Assembly: GCA_014384345.1 (NCBI GenBank)
Contig: JACNGB010000020.1
Location: 14,641-78,640 of the forward strand
Reading direction: 5' to 3'
DNA length: 64,000 nucleotides
From: Candidatus Thioglobus pontius
Lineage (GTDB): Bacteria; Pseudomonadota; Gammaproteobacteria; PS1; Pseudothioglobaceae
The position numbers and the translations under genes were made by a program. The number at the start of each line of letters is the position of its first letter. The first letter of the stretch is position 1. The notes beneath the pieces are model-generated. The model was not told the DNA's origin, did not search any database, and was given only the letters and a program-made list of their open reading frames with translations. Shown here in pieces: positions 26,363 through 36,330 of the stretch.

Positions 26363-27448
26363 TTAACCTTGAGTAATAACACCTTTCTCAATCTTAAAAA
26401 TTGAGGTATTTTCAGGATCAATTCTTAAGGTATTTATACCAATATCGGTCATTAAAATTTGAACCTTTAATTGTTGTAAATAATTCAAAATTGTTTGGAT
26501 TTTTGATTGATCTAATTCTGATGAAATGTCATCAATCAACACAATAGGATAAGTGTTGTTATTAACCAACAAAGATACTTGTGTTAGCCAAAATACAATA
26601 GACAAAGTTTTTTGCTCACCACGAGATAAAAAACATTCTTGCTGATCATTTAATAAAAAATCAAGACTGGCTTTATGCGGCCCATAATTTAAATATTTGG
26701 CTTTCATTAAAAACGCTTTACTTTTAAGTAGGTATTGATAAATACTATCCGCATTAAACGCATCAACTTCTTTAGGCCAACCAGATTTAAATTGATAATC
26801 AAAGGTATCAATTAAACAAAATGATTGCGATAAACTTTCCATTAATTCGGCTGAATTAGTTTGTTTTAATTGTTCAATATAATCTTGGCGTGCTTGATTA
26901 ATCTTACTAGATAGATGTGCGATTTCTAAAAACCAATAATCTAATTCCTGTTGTTTTTGTTGTACCAATAAAAAATTAATGTTTTTTAAGGTTTTGTGAT
27001 ATTTTTTAAAATCACTTAAACAATCAGGCTTTAAGTGGAACACACCCCAATCTAGGTAAGACCGTTTGTTTTTTGGCGTACCGTTAACAACAAAGCCTTT
27101 ATCAGGGGTGATAATTTGAATGGGTAATAATTTAGAGAGTTCGCTACTATTTTTTAAACGATTTTGATTAAGACTAATCAAAGTTTTTTGTTTAGATTTT
27201 TCTAATTTCAAACGATAATCATCAACTTGGGCTGCTAATTGAAATTGTTGATGATTTAGTTGAATTAACTCTTTTAGCGCTTTTGTTTTAAAAGAACGGT
27301 TATGTCCTAAATAATAAACTGCTTCAACAAGACTGGTTTTTCCTTGTGCATTACTGGCAACAAACACATTAAGTTGCTTGTTAAGTTCAATGTATTGATT
27401 GTTAAGATTACGAAACTGAGTGATTGCCAGTTTATGTATAACTGCCAT
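26363..27448 (-). CDS. recF: DNA replication/repair protein RecF
   Basis: N-terminal Walker A (SNAQGKTSLVEA), SRGEQKT signature and LIDDISSELD Walker B. It lies in dnaA-dnaN-recF-gyrB synteny. Confidence 0.93.
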   Translation of the reverse strand: MAVIHKLAITQFRNLNNQYIELNKQLNVFVASNAQGKTSLVEAVYYLGHNRSFKTKALKELIQLNHQQFQLAAQVDDYRLKLEKSKQKTLISLNQNRLKNSSELSKLLPIQIITPDKGFVVNGTPKNKRSYLDWGVFHLKPDCLSDFKKYHKTLKNINFLLVQQKQQELDYWFLEIAHLSSKINQARQDYIEQLKQTNSAELMESLSQSFCLIDTFDYQFKSGWPKEVDAFNADSIYQYLLKSKAFLMKAKYLNYGPHKASLDFLLNDQQECFLSRGEQKTLSIVFWLTQVSLLVNNNTYPIVLIDDISSELDQSKIQTILNYLQQLKVQILMTDIGINTLRIDPENTSIFKIEKGVITQG

Positions 27449-27456
27449 AAATAAAA

Positions 27457-28560
27457 CTAGATACGCATTGGCATAACAACATATTGGAAGGTTTCATCAT
27501 TTGGACTACTTAACATGCAAGATTGGTTTTCGCCACCCGGAACAACCATGTTGATTTCATCAGTGTTTAATTTTTCTAAAATTGAAATTAAGTAATGGAT
27601 ATTAAAAGCAATTTCAATTTCTTTGTCAAAATTCTTAGTGCTGATTTGGGTTTTGGCTTGACCACGTTCAGAATGTGAAAAAATATTAAGTTGTGAATTT
27701 TTAAACATTAACTTAACACCCTTGGTACGCTCCTCTACAAAAATTGAAGCTTGTTGGAGTGAGTTTAAAAACTCTAAACGATCGATAACAATGGTGTTTT
27801 CAAAGTCAGTTGGTAGTACTTGTGAATAATTAGGAAAATTGCCATCAATTAAGCGACTGATAATGGTTGTGTCATCACTTACTAAGTAAAAATAATTATC
27901 AGACAGATGTACTTCAACTTCATCATGTTCGTTTTTGTTTAAAATTTTGGTTAATTCTAAAACAGCTTTTCTTGGCAGAATAACGGTTTTTTTATCGGTT
28001 AATTGGTTAGTTTGTTTTATTTCACCAATAGAAAGTCGATGTCCATCGGTAGCAACAACCGTAATATTATCTTGATTAACTTCAAAATACAAACCGTTTA
28101 AATATGCTCTAATATCTTGATTACCCATTGAAAAACTTGTATTTTCAATAAGTTCTTTTAACTGATGACGATTAACCTTAATGACATCACTGTTTTCAAT
28201 TTTTGGCAATGCAGGAAAATCTTGATGATTGAATGAATTTAGTTCAAATGAATTTTTATTGGTTTTTATGTAAACCTTAGATTCTTCAATAATAAATTCA
28301 ATAATAGTTGATTCAGGTAATTTTCTAATAATATCGATTAAATCTTTTGCATAAATAGTGAATGAAATTTCTTCTTGTGTTTGTATAGGATGAGAAGCTC
28401 TAATCTCAATTTCCATGTCAGTAGTTGTTAAGGTTAACTGATTATTTTTTAATTGAATTAATACATGTGACAGAATAGGTAGAGTTTGTTTTTTTTCAAC
28501 AACACCAATAACAGTTTGTAATGGTTCAAGTAATTCTTTGACGGTGAGCTGCGTGTTCAT
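27457..28560 (-). CDS. dnaN: DNA polymerase III beta sliding clamp
   Basis: 367 aa with a three-domain clamp pattern and C-terminal VVMPMRI. Confidence 0.95.
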   Translation of the reverse strand: MNTQLTVKELLEPLQTVIGVVEKKQTLPILSHVLIQLKNNQLTLTTTDMEIEIRASHPIQTQEEISFTIYAKDLIDIIRKLPESTIIEFIIEESKVYIKTNKNSFELNSFNHQDFPALPKIENSDVIKVNRHQLKELIENTSFSMGNQDIRAYLNGLYFEVNQDNITVVATDGHRLSIGEIKQTNQLTDKKTVILPRKAVLELTKILNKNEHDEVEVHLSDNYFYLVSDDTTIISRLIDGNFPNYSQVLPTDFENTIVIDRLEFLNSLQQASIFVEERTKGVKLMFKNSQLNIFSHSERGQAKTQISTKNFDKEIEIAFNIHYLISILEKLNTDEINMVVPGGENQSCMLSSPNDETFQYVVMPMRI

Positions 28561-28772
28561 TGAAAAATCCTTTTATTAAAAATTATTGTTATTATTAGTG
28601 GTGTTATTTTTTGTGAATAAGTGATTTTTTTCTTTAAAAATTAATCATTTAAATCGTTGATATCTTGTTAGTATTTTATGTAAAAAATTGTGAACAAGGG
28701 TATAAAATTCATTTTTTAGTCAAGTTATGATTGTTGTCCACTGGCGAGTGTAAAACTGGGTTGTGGAAATGT
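28561..28772. other. candidate replication origin element: AT-rich spacer with four DnaA-box-like 9-mers
   Basis: TGTGAATAA at 28612-28620 is the reverse complement of TTATTCACA (1 mismatch to TTATCCACA). TGTGAACAA lies at 28689-28697, TTGTCCACT at 28734-28742 and TGTGGAAAT at 28762-28770. The remainder is very AT-rich. Confidence 0.4.
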
Positions 28773-30080
28773 TTATAAGTTGGCTAATTTAAGCTTAATT
28801 AAATCGTAATCATCCTTTGTTTCTTTGCTTTCTAGCAGTTTATCTTTAATTTTATTTATGGCGTGGATAACGGTTGAATGATCTCTATTACCAAATTGTT
28901 TTCCGATTTTATTGAGTGATAAAGCACTAAGCTCATGACAAATATAAATAGCCATTTGTCTGGCTAGTACAGTGTGCTGTTTGCGTGATTTTGAACTCAG
29001 ATCTGAAACGGTTAGTGCGTAATGCTTTGCCACTTCTTTTTGGATATCATTAACATCGATGTTTTTTATTGCTGGTTTAATTAGGTCACCAAGTGCCGCT
29101 TCAACCACCTCTTTAGAAATCATGGTGCTGTCCATTTTAGAAAAATCAACAAAAGCTTTTAGTTTTAACAAGGCACCTTCTAAGTCTCTGACGTTTGAGG
29201 TAATGTGTCCAGCAATAAAAAGCGCCACATCTTCGTTTAGGTTGATATTAATTTTTTGATCTTGAGCTTTTTTCAGCAAGATGGCTGCACGCATTTCTAA
29301 TTCAGGCGGCGTTAAGTGTAGATTTAAGCCTTGAGAGAATCTGGTTTTAAGTCGCTCTTCTAATGATTTAATATTTTTTGGCGGCTGGTCACAGGTAAAA
29401 ATAATTTGCTTTTTACCGTTAAACAAAAAATTAAAAATATGAAAAAACTCTTCTTGAGATTTTTCCTTACCTGCAATTAAGTGAATGTCATCCACTAACA
29501 ACAAGTCAGCTGATTGATAGAACAGTTTAATGTCTTCAATAGTGTTGTGTCTTAAGCTAGAAGTGATGTTTCTAACAAAATCCATAAGTGGTACATAAAG
29601 TACTTTTAAATTGGGATTTTTTGTTTTGGCTAAATGCCCTGCAGCTTGCATTAAATGGGTTTTTCCTAATCCGGAACCACCATAAATAATAAATGGATTG
29701 TAAGGTGATCCTTTGATGTTTTCAGCAATTTGTTTGGTGGCGCCATAAGCCATTTGGTTGGCATTACCCAGCACTAAATTGTCAAACGTGTAATCTTCAA
29801 ATAAAGGGGTGGCTTGTGGTTTATATGCTGAAGGTTTTTGGTCTACATTAGGTGAGACGCCAATAAAAATTTTTAACTGTTTATTGTGTTGAGCAACAGC
29901 GCTTTTAATCTGAGACTTAAGGTTTTTATTAATGTAATCTTTGACTTGTGTATTGGGCGCAAGTAAAGATAAGGTTTGCCCATCTTCCAGCGCTTTTAAA
30001 GGCTGGACCCAAACGCTATATTGGGCGAGCGGAATGGTGTCTTTAAGCGTGTTTAAGCATTGGGTCCAGGTTTTCGACAT
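28773..30080 (-). CDS. dnaA: chromosomal replication initiator DnaA
   Basis: 435 aa. It has the GGSGLGKTHL Walker A motif, LLVDDIH, the sensor region and the C-terminal DNA-binding helix GNRDHSTVIHA. Confidence 0.96.
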   Translation of the reverse strand: MSKTWTQCLNTLKDTIPLAQYSVWVQPLKALEDGQTLSLLAPNTQVKDYINKNLKSQIKSAVAQHNKQLKIFIGVSPNVDQKPSAYKPQATPLFEDYTFDNLVLGNANQMAYGATKQIAENIKGSPYNPFIIYGGSGLGKTHLMQAAGHLAKTKNPNLKVLYVPLMDFVRNITSSLRHNTIEDIKLFYQSADLLLVDDIHLIAGKEKSQEEFFHIFNFLFNGKKQIIFTCDQPPKNIKSLEERLKTRFSQGLNLHLTPPELEMRAAILLKKAQDQKININLNEDVALFIAGHITSNVRDLEGALLKLKAFVDFSKMDSTMISKEVVEAALGDLIKPAIKNIDVNDIQKEVAKHYALTVSDLSSKSRKQHTVLARQMAIYICHELSALSLNKIGKQFGNRDHSTVIHAINKIKDKLLESKETKDDYDLIKLKLANL

Positions 30081-30142
30081 GCGGGTTATATAAAATTATT
30101 AATGTATACTTAAGCATTATATTTGTTTTGGGAGAGAAGTGG

Positions 30143-30661
30143 ATGAATGGTTTGGAAAAGTATTTTGAAAAGTTGTTGTGGAACTCTAGATTGATGGTTT
30201 TGGCAGCGGTTATTTCGTCGTTGCTATTGTCATTATTATTGTTTGTTATTACTGCGATTGATGTGGCTGGTTTAATTGCACATGCAGGAGATTATATAAG
30301 CGCAACTGCAGAAGCAAAACGCGCTTTAAAAATTGAAATGGTGGCGCATACGGTTGGATCCATTGATGGGTTCTTATTGGCTACCATTTTGTTAATTTTT
30401 TCATTAGGTTTATACGAACTGTTTATTAGCGAAATTGATGAAGCCAAAGGTAGTGGCCAATCAGCCAAGGTGTTGGTTATTAATTCTTTAGATGATCTAA
30501 AATCAAAGTTAGCCAAGGTTATTTTAATGATTTTAGTGGTTACGTTTTTTGAGGTATCGTTGTCAATGACGTTTACAGGTTCGTTAGATTTGGTGTATTT
30601 CTCTTTGGGTATCTTAATGGTTTCATTGGCTCTGTACTTTGGTTCAAAGTCATCACACTGA
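30143..30661 (+). CDS. YqhA/UPF0114-family inner-membrane protein
   Basis: LEKYFEKLLWNSRLMVLAAV N-terminus and 3-4 TM segments. The ATG at 30143 is preceded by GGAGAGAAG. Confidence 0.6.
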   Translation: MNGLEKYFEKLLWNSRLMVLAAVISSLLLSLLLFVITAIDVAGLIAHAGDYISATAEAKRALKIEMVAHTVGSIDGFLLATILLIFSLGLYELFISEIDEAKGSGQSAKVLVINSLDDLKSKLAKVILMILVVTFFEVSLSMTFTGSLDLVYFSLGILMVSLALYFGSKSSH

Positions 30662-30728
30662 CGCTTTAGACATTGATTTTTATTGCTAAATAGCGTAACA
30701 TTAATTCATTTTTATTTAGAGAATTATT

Positions 30729-31475
30729 ATGCGTCAAACAATTGTTGCAGGCAACTGGAAAATGAACGCCTCAAAAGAAGAGGTTAGTACACTGGTAATG
30801 GGTATTTTGTCAGGCATGTCTGAAGTTGAATCTAAAGTCATTGTGTGTAGCCCTTTTCCATACTTGTCTCAAGTTGAAGCGCTGACCACTCATTCGCAGC
30901 TTCATCTTGGTGCTCAAACTGTTAGTATTCATCCATCAGGTGCACATACTGGCGAAGTCAGTGTGGATATGATTAAGGATTTTGGCGCTGATTACGTTAT
31001 TGTTGGCCATTCAGAGCGCAGAAGTATGTATGGTGAAACTGATCAAGACGTTGCCAATAAAGTTAAAACAGTTGTTGATAGTGGTCTTACAGCGCTTTTT
31101 TGTATTGGTGAAACGCTAGAAGAAAGAGAAGCTGGAGAAACTGAGGCGGTTGTTGCAAGACAAATTCAAGTGGTTATTGACACTTGTGGTATTGATGCAT
31201 TTAGAAATATTATTATTGCGTATGAACCAATTTGGGCGATCGGTACTGGCGTAACAGCAAGCCCTCAACAAGCTCAAGATACGCACGCTTCTATTCGTGC
31301 ACTATTAGCTACCAATGATGAAAATATCGCACAATCTACACCGATTCTTTATGGTGGTAGCATGAATCCTAGCAACGCAGCTGAACTAATTGCTTGTGAA
31401 GATATTGACGGTGGATTAATTGGCGGCGCATCATTAAAAGCAGAAGATTTTTTACAAATTTGTAAAGCGGGTTAA
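30729..31475 (+). CDS. tpiA: triosephosphate isomerase
   Basis: AGNWKMN, VGHSERR, AYEPIWAIGTG and GGASL motifs. Confidence 0.96.
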   Translation: MRQTIVAGNWKMNASKEEVSTLVMGILSGMSEVESKVIVCSPFPYLSQVEALTTHSQLHLGAQTVSIHPSGAHTGEVSVDMIKDFGADYVIVGHSERRSMYGETDQDVANKVKTVVDSGLTALFCIGETLEEREAGETEAVVARQIQVVIDTCGIDAFRNIIIAYEPIWAIGTGVTASPQQAQDTHASIRALLATNDENIAQSTPILYGGSMNPSNAAELIACEDIDGGLIGGASLKAEDFLQICKAG

Positions 31476-31477
31476 TT

Positions 31478-31837
31478 ATGTCGTTTCAAATTATTTTAAT
31501 CATCCATGTGCTATTGGCATTAGGCTTAATTGCACTTATCTTAATGCAACACGGTAAGGGTGCTGATGCAGGCGCTGCTTTTGGTGCGGGTGCGTCAGGA
31601 TCAGTATTTGGCGCTCGTGGTGCTAATTTGTTTATGTACAAGTTAACTGCAAGTGTGGCTTTTGCTTTCTTTATTACCAGTTTAACGTTGGCTTATTTAG
31701 CCACTAACGAAACCAGTGCTGATAACGAGCCGACTAGCATCATGGAGTCAGCTGGATCGGCGCCAATTGTTCCGTCTGATGTACCTATGATTGCACCAAC
31801 TGCATCGGAATCCGATATCAGCGATATTCCTGAGTAA
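31478..31837 (+). CDS. secG: preprotein translocase subunit SecG
   Basis: LMQHGKGADAGAAFGAG...SVFGARG motif. It is followed by tRNA-Leu, as in E. coli. Confidence 0.9.
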   Translation: MSFQIILIIHVLLALGLIALILMQHGKGADAGAAFGAGASGSVFGARGANLFMYKLTASVAFAFFITSLTLAYLATNETSADNEPTSIMESAGSAPIVPSDVPMIAPTASESDISDIPE

Positions 31838-31846
31838 CACGCTTTT

Positions 31847-31932
31847 GCCGATATGGCGGAATTGGTAGACGCGCCACCTTGAGGGGGTGGTGAGCTACGC
31901 TCGTGCCAGTTCGACTCTGGCTATCGGCACCA
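31847..31932 (+). tRNA. tRNA-Leu (anticodon GAG), CCA encoded
   Basis: Acceptor stem GCCGATA/TATCGGC. Anticodon arm CCACC-TTGAGGG-GGTGG. Long variable arm. T-arm TGCCAG-TTCGACT-CTGGC(A). Same secG-tRNA-Leu(GAG) arrangement as E. coli leuU. Confidence 0.93.
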
Positions 31933-31934
31933 TA

Positions 31935-33251
31935 TTATAGATCAATCACAACGGTGGCCTTAGTGCCACCGTTTTTACTGGATGATAGTTCAACAGTCCA
32001 ATTGTGAGTTTCTGCTAATTGTCGAACAATAGCCAAGCCTAGTCCGCTACCACCGGTGTCGCTGTTTCTAGATTTTTCTAATCGATAAAAAGGCTGAAAC
32101 ACTTTTTCTCGAAAGGCTTGATCAATGCCAGATCCATTGTCAATTATTTCAATGATTAACTGACTGTCATTACAAGCCAAAGAAATTTCAATGGGTTTAT
32201 TGTCACCATATCTAATAGCGTTGCTAATTAGGTTGGTGATAATTCGCCTAAAAGCCACAGGGTAAATGTTAATCATGCATTTCTGATGATCAACTAAATT
32301 TAATTGAATGTCGTTTGATTGGGCAGTGTTGATAATAGCTAATAGTTCGTTATAAATATCAAGCTGTTGAAGTTGCTCTTCTGATAACCCCAATCCCACA
32401 TCTAGTGCATCACTAATTAAATGGTTGATATTGTCAAGATCTTGTTGAATGCTATCCATTAACCGCGCATCACCACCTTGGTCTGGTAGTAGTGAAAGTG
32501 CAAGGTTAATCTGTGTTAGTGGCGTGCGTAAATCATGTGCAATGCCAGATAACAACGTGGTTCTATTAGCCAACAACTGTTGAACTTGAAGGTTCATTTT
32601 GTTGAATTGCTTGGTCAGAATAATAAATTCTGTTGGTCCTTCTTCTTTAATTTGATCAGGCCATTGTCCATGGCCAATTAACTGTGACGCGGTGTACAAA
32701 CGATCAATAGGCTTGGCCAGTCTTCTGGTTAGAAAAATTGCAGTAGCAAGCGTTAACGCTACACCAACAATTAAGGTGATAAAAAAGGCGGCTGGTGGAT
32801 TAACCCCAATACGTGAGCGTGCAAATCCAAATCGAACTGTTGTCTTTTTGGTGGGAATGTCTACCCAGTACCAGTCTTCATTTTGGCTGTCAGTACTGGT
32901 TTTTATGTTTATTGTTTCTGGATATTGAGCATTTAGTGAACTTTTTAGTAAGTGCAAGTAAGGTAAGAAACTGTCACTTGGCGCAAGTTTCTTGTTGATA
33001 TTGGTTAACACCAGCTCATGTTTACTGAGCATTTGCTGAGCAAACCGCTGTTGCTCTGTTTCGTTTAAATCATCCCAGCGTTCAGCTGCATGGATAATGA
33101 CACTAGACAAATCAGCTGTTGCTCTTTCACCAAGAGGAATAAGCATATAGTAACCAACTGTTGTTAAGACAACAATTAAAAATCCGATAGAGACCAGTGA
33201 AATAATCGAAAGCGTTTTATAAAAAAAACTGAATGATTTTAAAGGTTTCAT
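31935..33251 (-). CDS. EnvZ-like sensor histidine kinase (paralog 1)
   Basis: Two TM segments flank a periplasmic loop of about 115 aa. HAMP domain, H-box SGIAHDLRTPLT, and N and G boxes (GGSGLGLAIV). Confidence 0.88.
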   Translation of the reverse strand: MKPLKSFSFFYKTLSIISLVSIGFLIVVLTTVGYYMLIPLGERATADLSSVIIHAAERWDDLNETEQQRFAQQMLSKHELVLTNINKKLAPSDSFLPYLHLLKSSLNAQYPETINIKTSTDSQNEDWYWVDIPTKKTTVRFGFARSRIGVNPPAAFFITLIVGVALTLATAIFLTRRLAKPIDRLYTASQLIGHGQWPDQIKEEGPTEFIILTKQFNKMNLQVQQLLANRTTLLSGIAHDLRTPLTQINLALSLLPDQGGDARLMDSIQQDLDNINHLISDALDVGLGLSEEQLQQLDIYNELLAIINTAQSNDIQLNLVDHQKCMINIYPVAFRRIITNLISNAIRYGDNKPIEISLACNDSQLIIEIIDNGSGIDQAFREKVFQPFYRLEKSRNSDTGGSGLGLAIVRQLAETHNWTVELSSSKNGGTKATVVIDL

Positions 33252-33260
33252 GTGAAACAG

Positions 33261-33971
33261 CTATGTTTGGCTGGTAGTGAATAAATAGCCAGACCCCCAA
33301 ATGGTTTTTAGATAAATTGGATTTGAAGGGTTGCCCTCTATTTTTTTTCTTAGGCGACCAATACAAATATCAACACTTCGATCAAACGGATCCCTGTCGT
33401 AGCCTTTGGTCATTTCGAGCAATTGATCGCGACTCAACACACGATCTATATTATTGATAAATATGCTCAACATGTTGAATTCACCTGTGGTTAGGGCGAC
33501 AATCTGATCGTTTTTAGTGAGCTCATGTTTGTTTAGATTTAAGCAAAATGGGCCAAAGTTGGTAATGATTGGTTGTTTAGTCTTGCTTTCAGTAGATGCT
33601 TCTGTGGCGTTACGTCTCAAAACTGAGCGAATTCTTGCCAGCAGTTCTCTTGGGTTAAATGGCTTGGCTAGATAGTCATCTGCGCCAATTTCTAAACCGA
33701 CAATCCGGTCTATTTCGTCACTTCGAGCAGATAGAATAATAACAGGCAAGTTGTTTTTTTGATGTAGTCTGCGACCAATAGACAGCCCATCTTCACCGGG
33801 TAGCATTAAGTCTAGCACAACCAAATCCACCTTGTGGCAAGCTAGGTGTTCATCCATTTCAACACCATCGGCAACAGCGCTTACCTCAAAACCCTCTTTG
33901 CTAAGATAGTTAGTTAACAACTCCCTGAGTTTTTTCTCATCATCAACAATCAATAGTTTTTGCTTATTCAT
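33261..33971 (-). CDS. OmpR-family response regulator (paralog 1)
   Basis: LLIVDDE...DLVVLDLMLPGEDG...GLEIGADDYLAKPFNPRELLARI receiver domain plus a winged-helix C-terminus. The start could also be 33986 or 33989. Confidence 0.88.
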   Translation of the reverse strand: MNKQKLLIVDDEKKLRELLTNYLSKEGFEVSAVADGVEMDEHLACHKVDLVVLDLMLPGEDGLSIGRRLHQKNNLPVIILSARSDEIDRIVGLEIGADDYLAKPFNPRELLARIRSVLRRNATEASTESKTKQPIITNFGPFCLNLNKHELTKNDQIVALTTGEFNMLSIFINNIDRVLSRDQLLEMTKGYDRDPFDRSVDICIGRLRKKIEGNPSNPIYLKTIWGSGYLFTTSQT

Positions 33972-34009
33972 TTTCACATTATGCATCAAATTAACATTCT
34001 ATTGGTGTT

Positions 34010-34046
34010 GTTACATTTTTGAAACAATTTAACAACATCTTGTTAC
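34010..34046. promoter_or_regulatory. four phased OmpR-type half-sites: GTTACA-N5-GAAACA-N5-ACAACA-N4-GTTAC
   Basis: Half-sites begin at 34010, 34021, 34032 and 34042, a 10-11 bp period. GTTACATTTTTGAAACA resembles the E. coli ompC C1 site TTTACATTTTGAAACA (recalled from memory). The array lies about 35-70 nt upstream of a TATGAT -10 candidate at 34079. Confidence 0.45.
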
Positions 34047-34170
34047 GGCCTTGATATTAAACCGATAAATCTTCTCTCTATGATGGCAGTCATGTTATTG
34101 GCAAAGTTACGATTAACAAAATGATAACAGAAGTAAAAAAACAAAAAAATAAACTTTAGGAGAAACACAA

Positions 34171-34782
34171 ATGCCATTAAAAAATAAAATTTTAAACACG
34201 ATTAAAACATGTTCATTGTTAACAGCTATTGCATTGTCTATTGCTGGAACAATGTTGCCAACGATAGCAAGTGCTGATTCTGGCATGGACGAATTAAAAA
34301 AAGTGTTGCAAAGTCAAATTGCGATGATGAAGCCAGAGCTGCAATCAAAAGTAAAAGATTTATCAACTGATACCAAGATGTCAATTATGGCGATTTTAGC
34401 GATGCATTCTCGTGTGAGTGATCAAGCAACATTACGTCAAGTAATGCTCGAAGTGTTGTCTGATTATCAAACCATGTCAATGGGCATCATGACTGATTCA
34501 GCCGAGATGACGGCTGATGCTGCCAGACGTTTGGCTAATCATCGTATCCCTGTTGGTGGCTTACTGCCTTACTTAGGTCTTGATAACATCAATGATGGCA
34601 AGCTGGCTGTATTGGAGTCTTTCAATGATTCTGTAGAAGGTAATGCTATTAAGTTGGCTGAAGCTGCTGATAAAGGCAACATGGGCGAGGCGGCAGCGCT
34701 ATTAGGCTCAATCAGTTCAGGCTGTGTGGGTTGTCATGCGGTATTTCGTGAATATCCGGGCACATCAGAATTACTAAAATAA
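34171..34782 (+). CDS. periplasmic class II (cytochrome c'-like) haem protein with Met-rich N-terminal extension
   Basis: Signal peptide. A single CVGCH haem motif lies 16 residues from the C-terminus, preceded by predicted helical Ala-rich segments. The N-terminal half is rich in Met. Confidence 0.55.
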   Translation: MPLKNKILNTIKTCSLLTAIALSIAGTMLPTIASADSGMDELKKVLQSQIAMMKPELQSKVKDLSTDTKMSIMAILAMHSRVSDQATLRQVMLEVLSDYQTMSMGIMTDSAEMTADAARRLANHRIPVGGLLPYLGLDNINDGKLAVLESFNDSVEGNAIKLAEAADKGNMGEAAALLGSISSGCVGCHAVFREYPGTSELLK

Positions 34783-34806
34783 TTAAATAATCAAGAGGAG
34801 GGAATA

Positions 34807-35955
34807 ATGAATACTAAAAATTTACTAATCGCTGCTGCGGTAGCGCTATCGTTTGTTGCACCAACACAATCTTTTGCAGAATTTGGCGATGATGCCTATA
34901 AAAAGCGTGTGGCGTTATCTAAGCAAATCAAAAAAATGAAAAACATGCGTAAGCAATTGCCTTCGCCACCACCCTCGGGCTTGTTTGGCGTATATGCTTT
35001 TCCTGAGAAAGGTCAGTATGTGGCGGGTGTGAATTTTCAACATCATGAATTTGATGGTTTGTTAAATGGCAGTACATCAGTGTCTGCAGCCGAAACAACC
35101 CATGCAGCTACAGGAAGCTCGAATCAGTTTTATGGTGATTCGGGCCAACCTGCAACGTTAAGAGTGGTGCCAAATAGTGCCAAGGCCAATGTTGTTATGC
35201 CTTTTATCAATTACACATTGGACGATAAAATTGCGCTAGTGGCAGTGGCCCCTATAATTGAAAAAGAAAGCAAAATGGAAACGTTTAAAGGTGACGGTAC
35301 AGGGCATCTTGGAAATTTTACGATTAAATCTAAAGGTTTGGGTGATGTCAAGTTTGGTGCTCTATATAAAGCCTATAACAGTGAAGATAACAAACATAAT
35401 GTGATCATTGATGCAGTGCTGAGTGCGCCAACAGGCAGTGTTACTGAAACAGATGTGCAGCTATCCCCAGCCAACACTACACCAACCGCTCGCTTGGGTT
35501 ATGGTATGCAACTCGGTGGTGGCACCTGGGATGCAATGGTTGGTGCGGCTTATTGGGGTAAGGATGATAAATGGGGTTATGGTGCGCAGTATTTGGCCAC
35601 TATTCCGCTAGAGGATAAAAACTCAGAAGGCTGGCGCTTTGGTGATAAGCATGAGCTAACCGCCTGGGGTAGTTACTCTTGGGAGTCGACATTGGTGTCA
35701 TCATTTAGATTGCGAACTGAACATCAAGATGCTATTCACGGTATTGATTCAAATATATACGGACCAGGGTTGGGTGCACAAACAGCCAATTATGGCGGCA
35801 AGATTACTGAAGCGAGTGTGGGTGTGAACTACATGTATGCACCGGCTAAAAATATCAGTATTGAAATCTCAAAACCGATTTCTCAAGATCGTAATGGTGT
35901 TCAAGCAGATAAAGATTCATCTATTGCTATCAGCTGGAGAAATGCCTTTTTCTAG
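34807..35955 (+). CDS. outer-membrane beta-barrel protein (possibly Phenol_MetA_deg-like transporter family)
   Basis: Signal peptide ending AEF, alternating beta-strand pattern, GLGDVKFG motif and terminal aromatic residues ...WRNAFF. Confidence 0.6.
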   Translation: MNTKNLLIAAAVALSFVAPTQSFAEFGDDAYKKRVALSKQIKKMKNMRKQLPSPPPSGLFGVYAFPEKGQYVAGVNFQHHEFDGLLNGSTSVSAAETTHAATGSSNQFYGDSGQPATLRVVPNSAKANVVMPFINYTLDDKIALVAVAPIIEKESKMETFKGDGTGHLGNFTIKSKGLGDVKFGALYKAYNSEDNKHNVIIDAVLSAPTGSVTETDVQLSPANTTPTARLGYGMQLGGGTWDAMVGAAYWGKDDKWGYGAQYLATIPLEDKNSEGWRFGDKHELTAWGSYSWESTLVSSFRLRTEHQDAIHGIDSNIYGPGLGAQTANYGGKITEASVGVNYMYAPAKNISIEISKPISQDRNGVQADKDSSIAISWRNAFF

Positions 35956-36026
35956 AGGATAGACGAGCACGATTTTAAGGCCTTGATGACCAAGGTCTTT
36001 TTGTAATTAAAAAAAAGGAGTAGATA

Positions 36027-36230
36027 ATGACAATAAATAGAATGGTCAGATTAATGGCTGGCATGATGATATTAGTGAGTATTGCACTGACCCGATATGT
36101 AGATCCAAATTGGATGTGGTTAACGGTATTTGTAGGCTTTAATTTGATGCAAAGTGGGCTAACTAATATTTGCCCGTTGGCAAAAATTTTGAAGAAAATG
36201 GGTGTAGCAGAAGGTACGTCATGTAGCTAG
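36027..36230 (+). CDS. DUF2892 (YgaP-like) two-TM membrane protein
   Basis: 67 aa with NRMVRLMAG...GFNLMQSGLTNICPLAKIL, the typical DUF2892 pattern. Confidence 0.6.
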   Translation: MTINRMVRLMAGMMILVSIALTRYVDPNWMWLTVFVGFNLMQSGLTNICPLAKILKKMGVAEGTSCS

Positions 36231-36330
36231 CTTGCCATTATCGTGCTACCGGTCGCAACCACGCTTCTCTCCCTTAGTGGTCAGGTTGTAATCAGTACGG
36301 GATTTGCCACCCTAAGTGGCTCACGCATTA

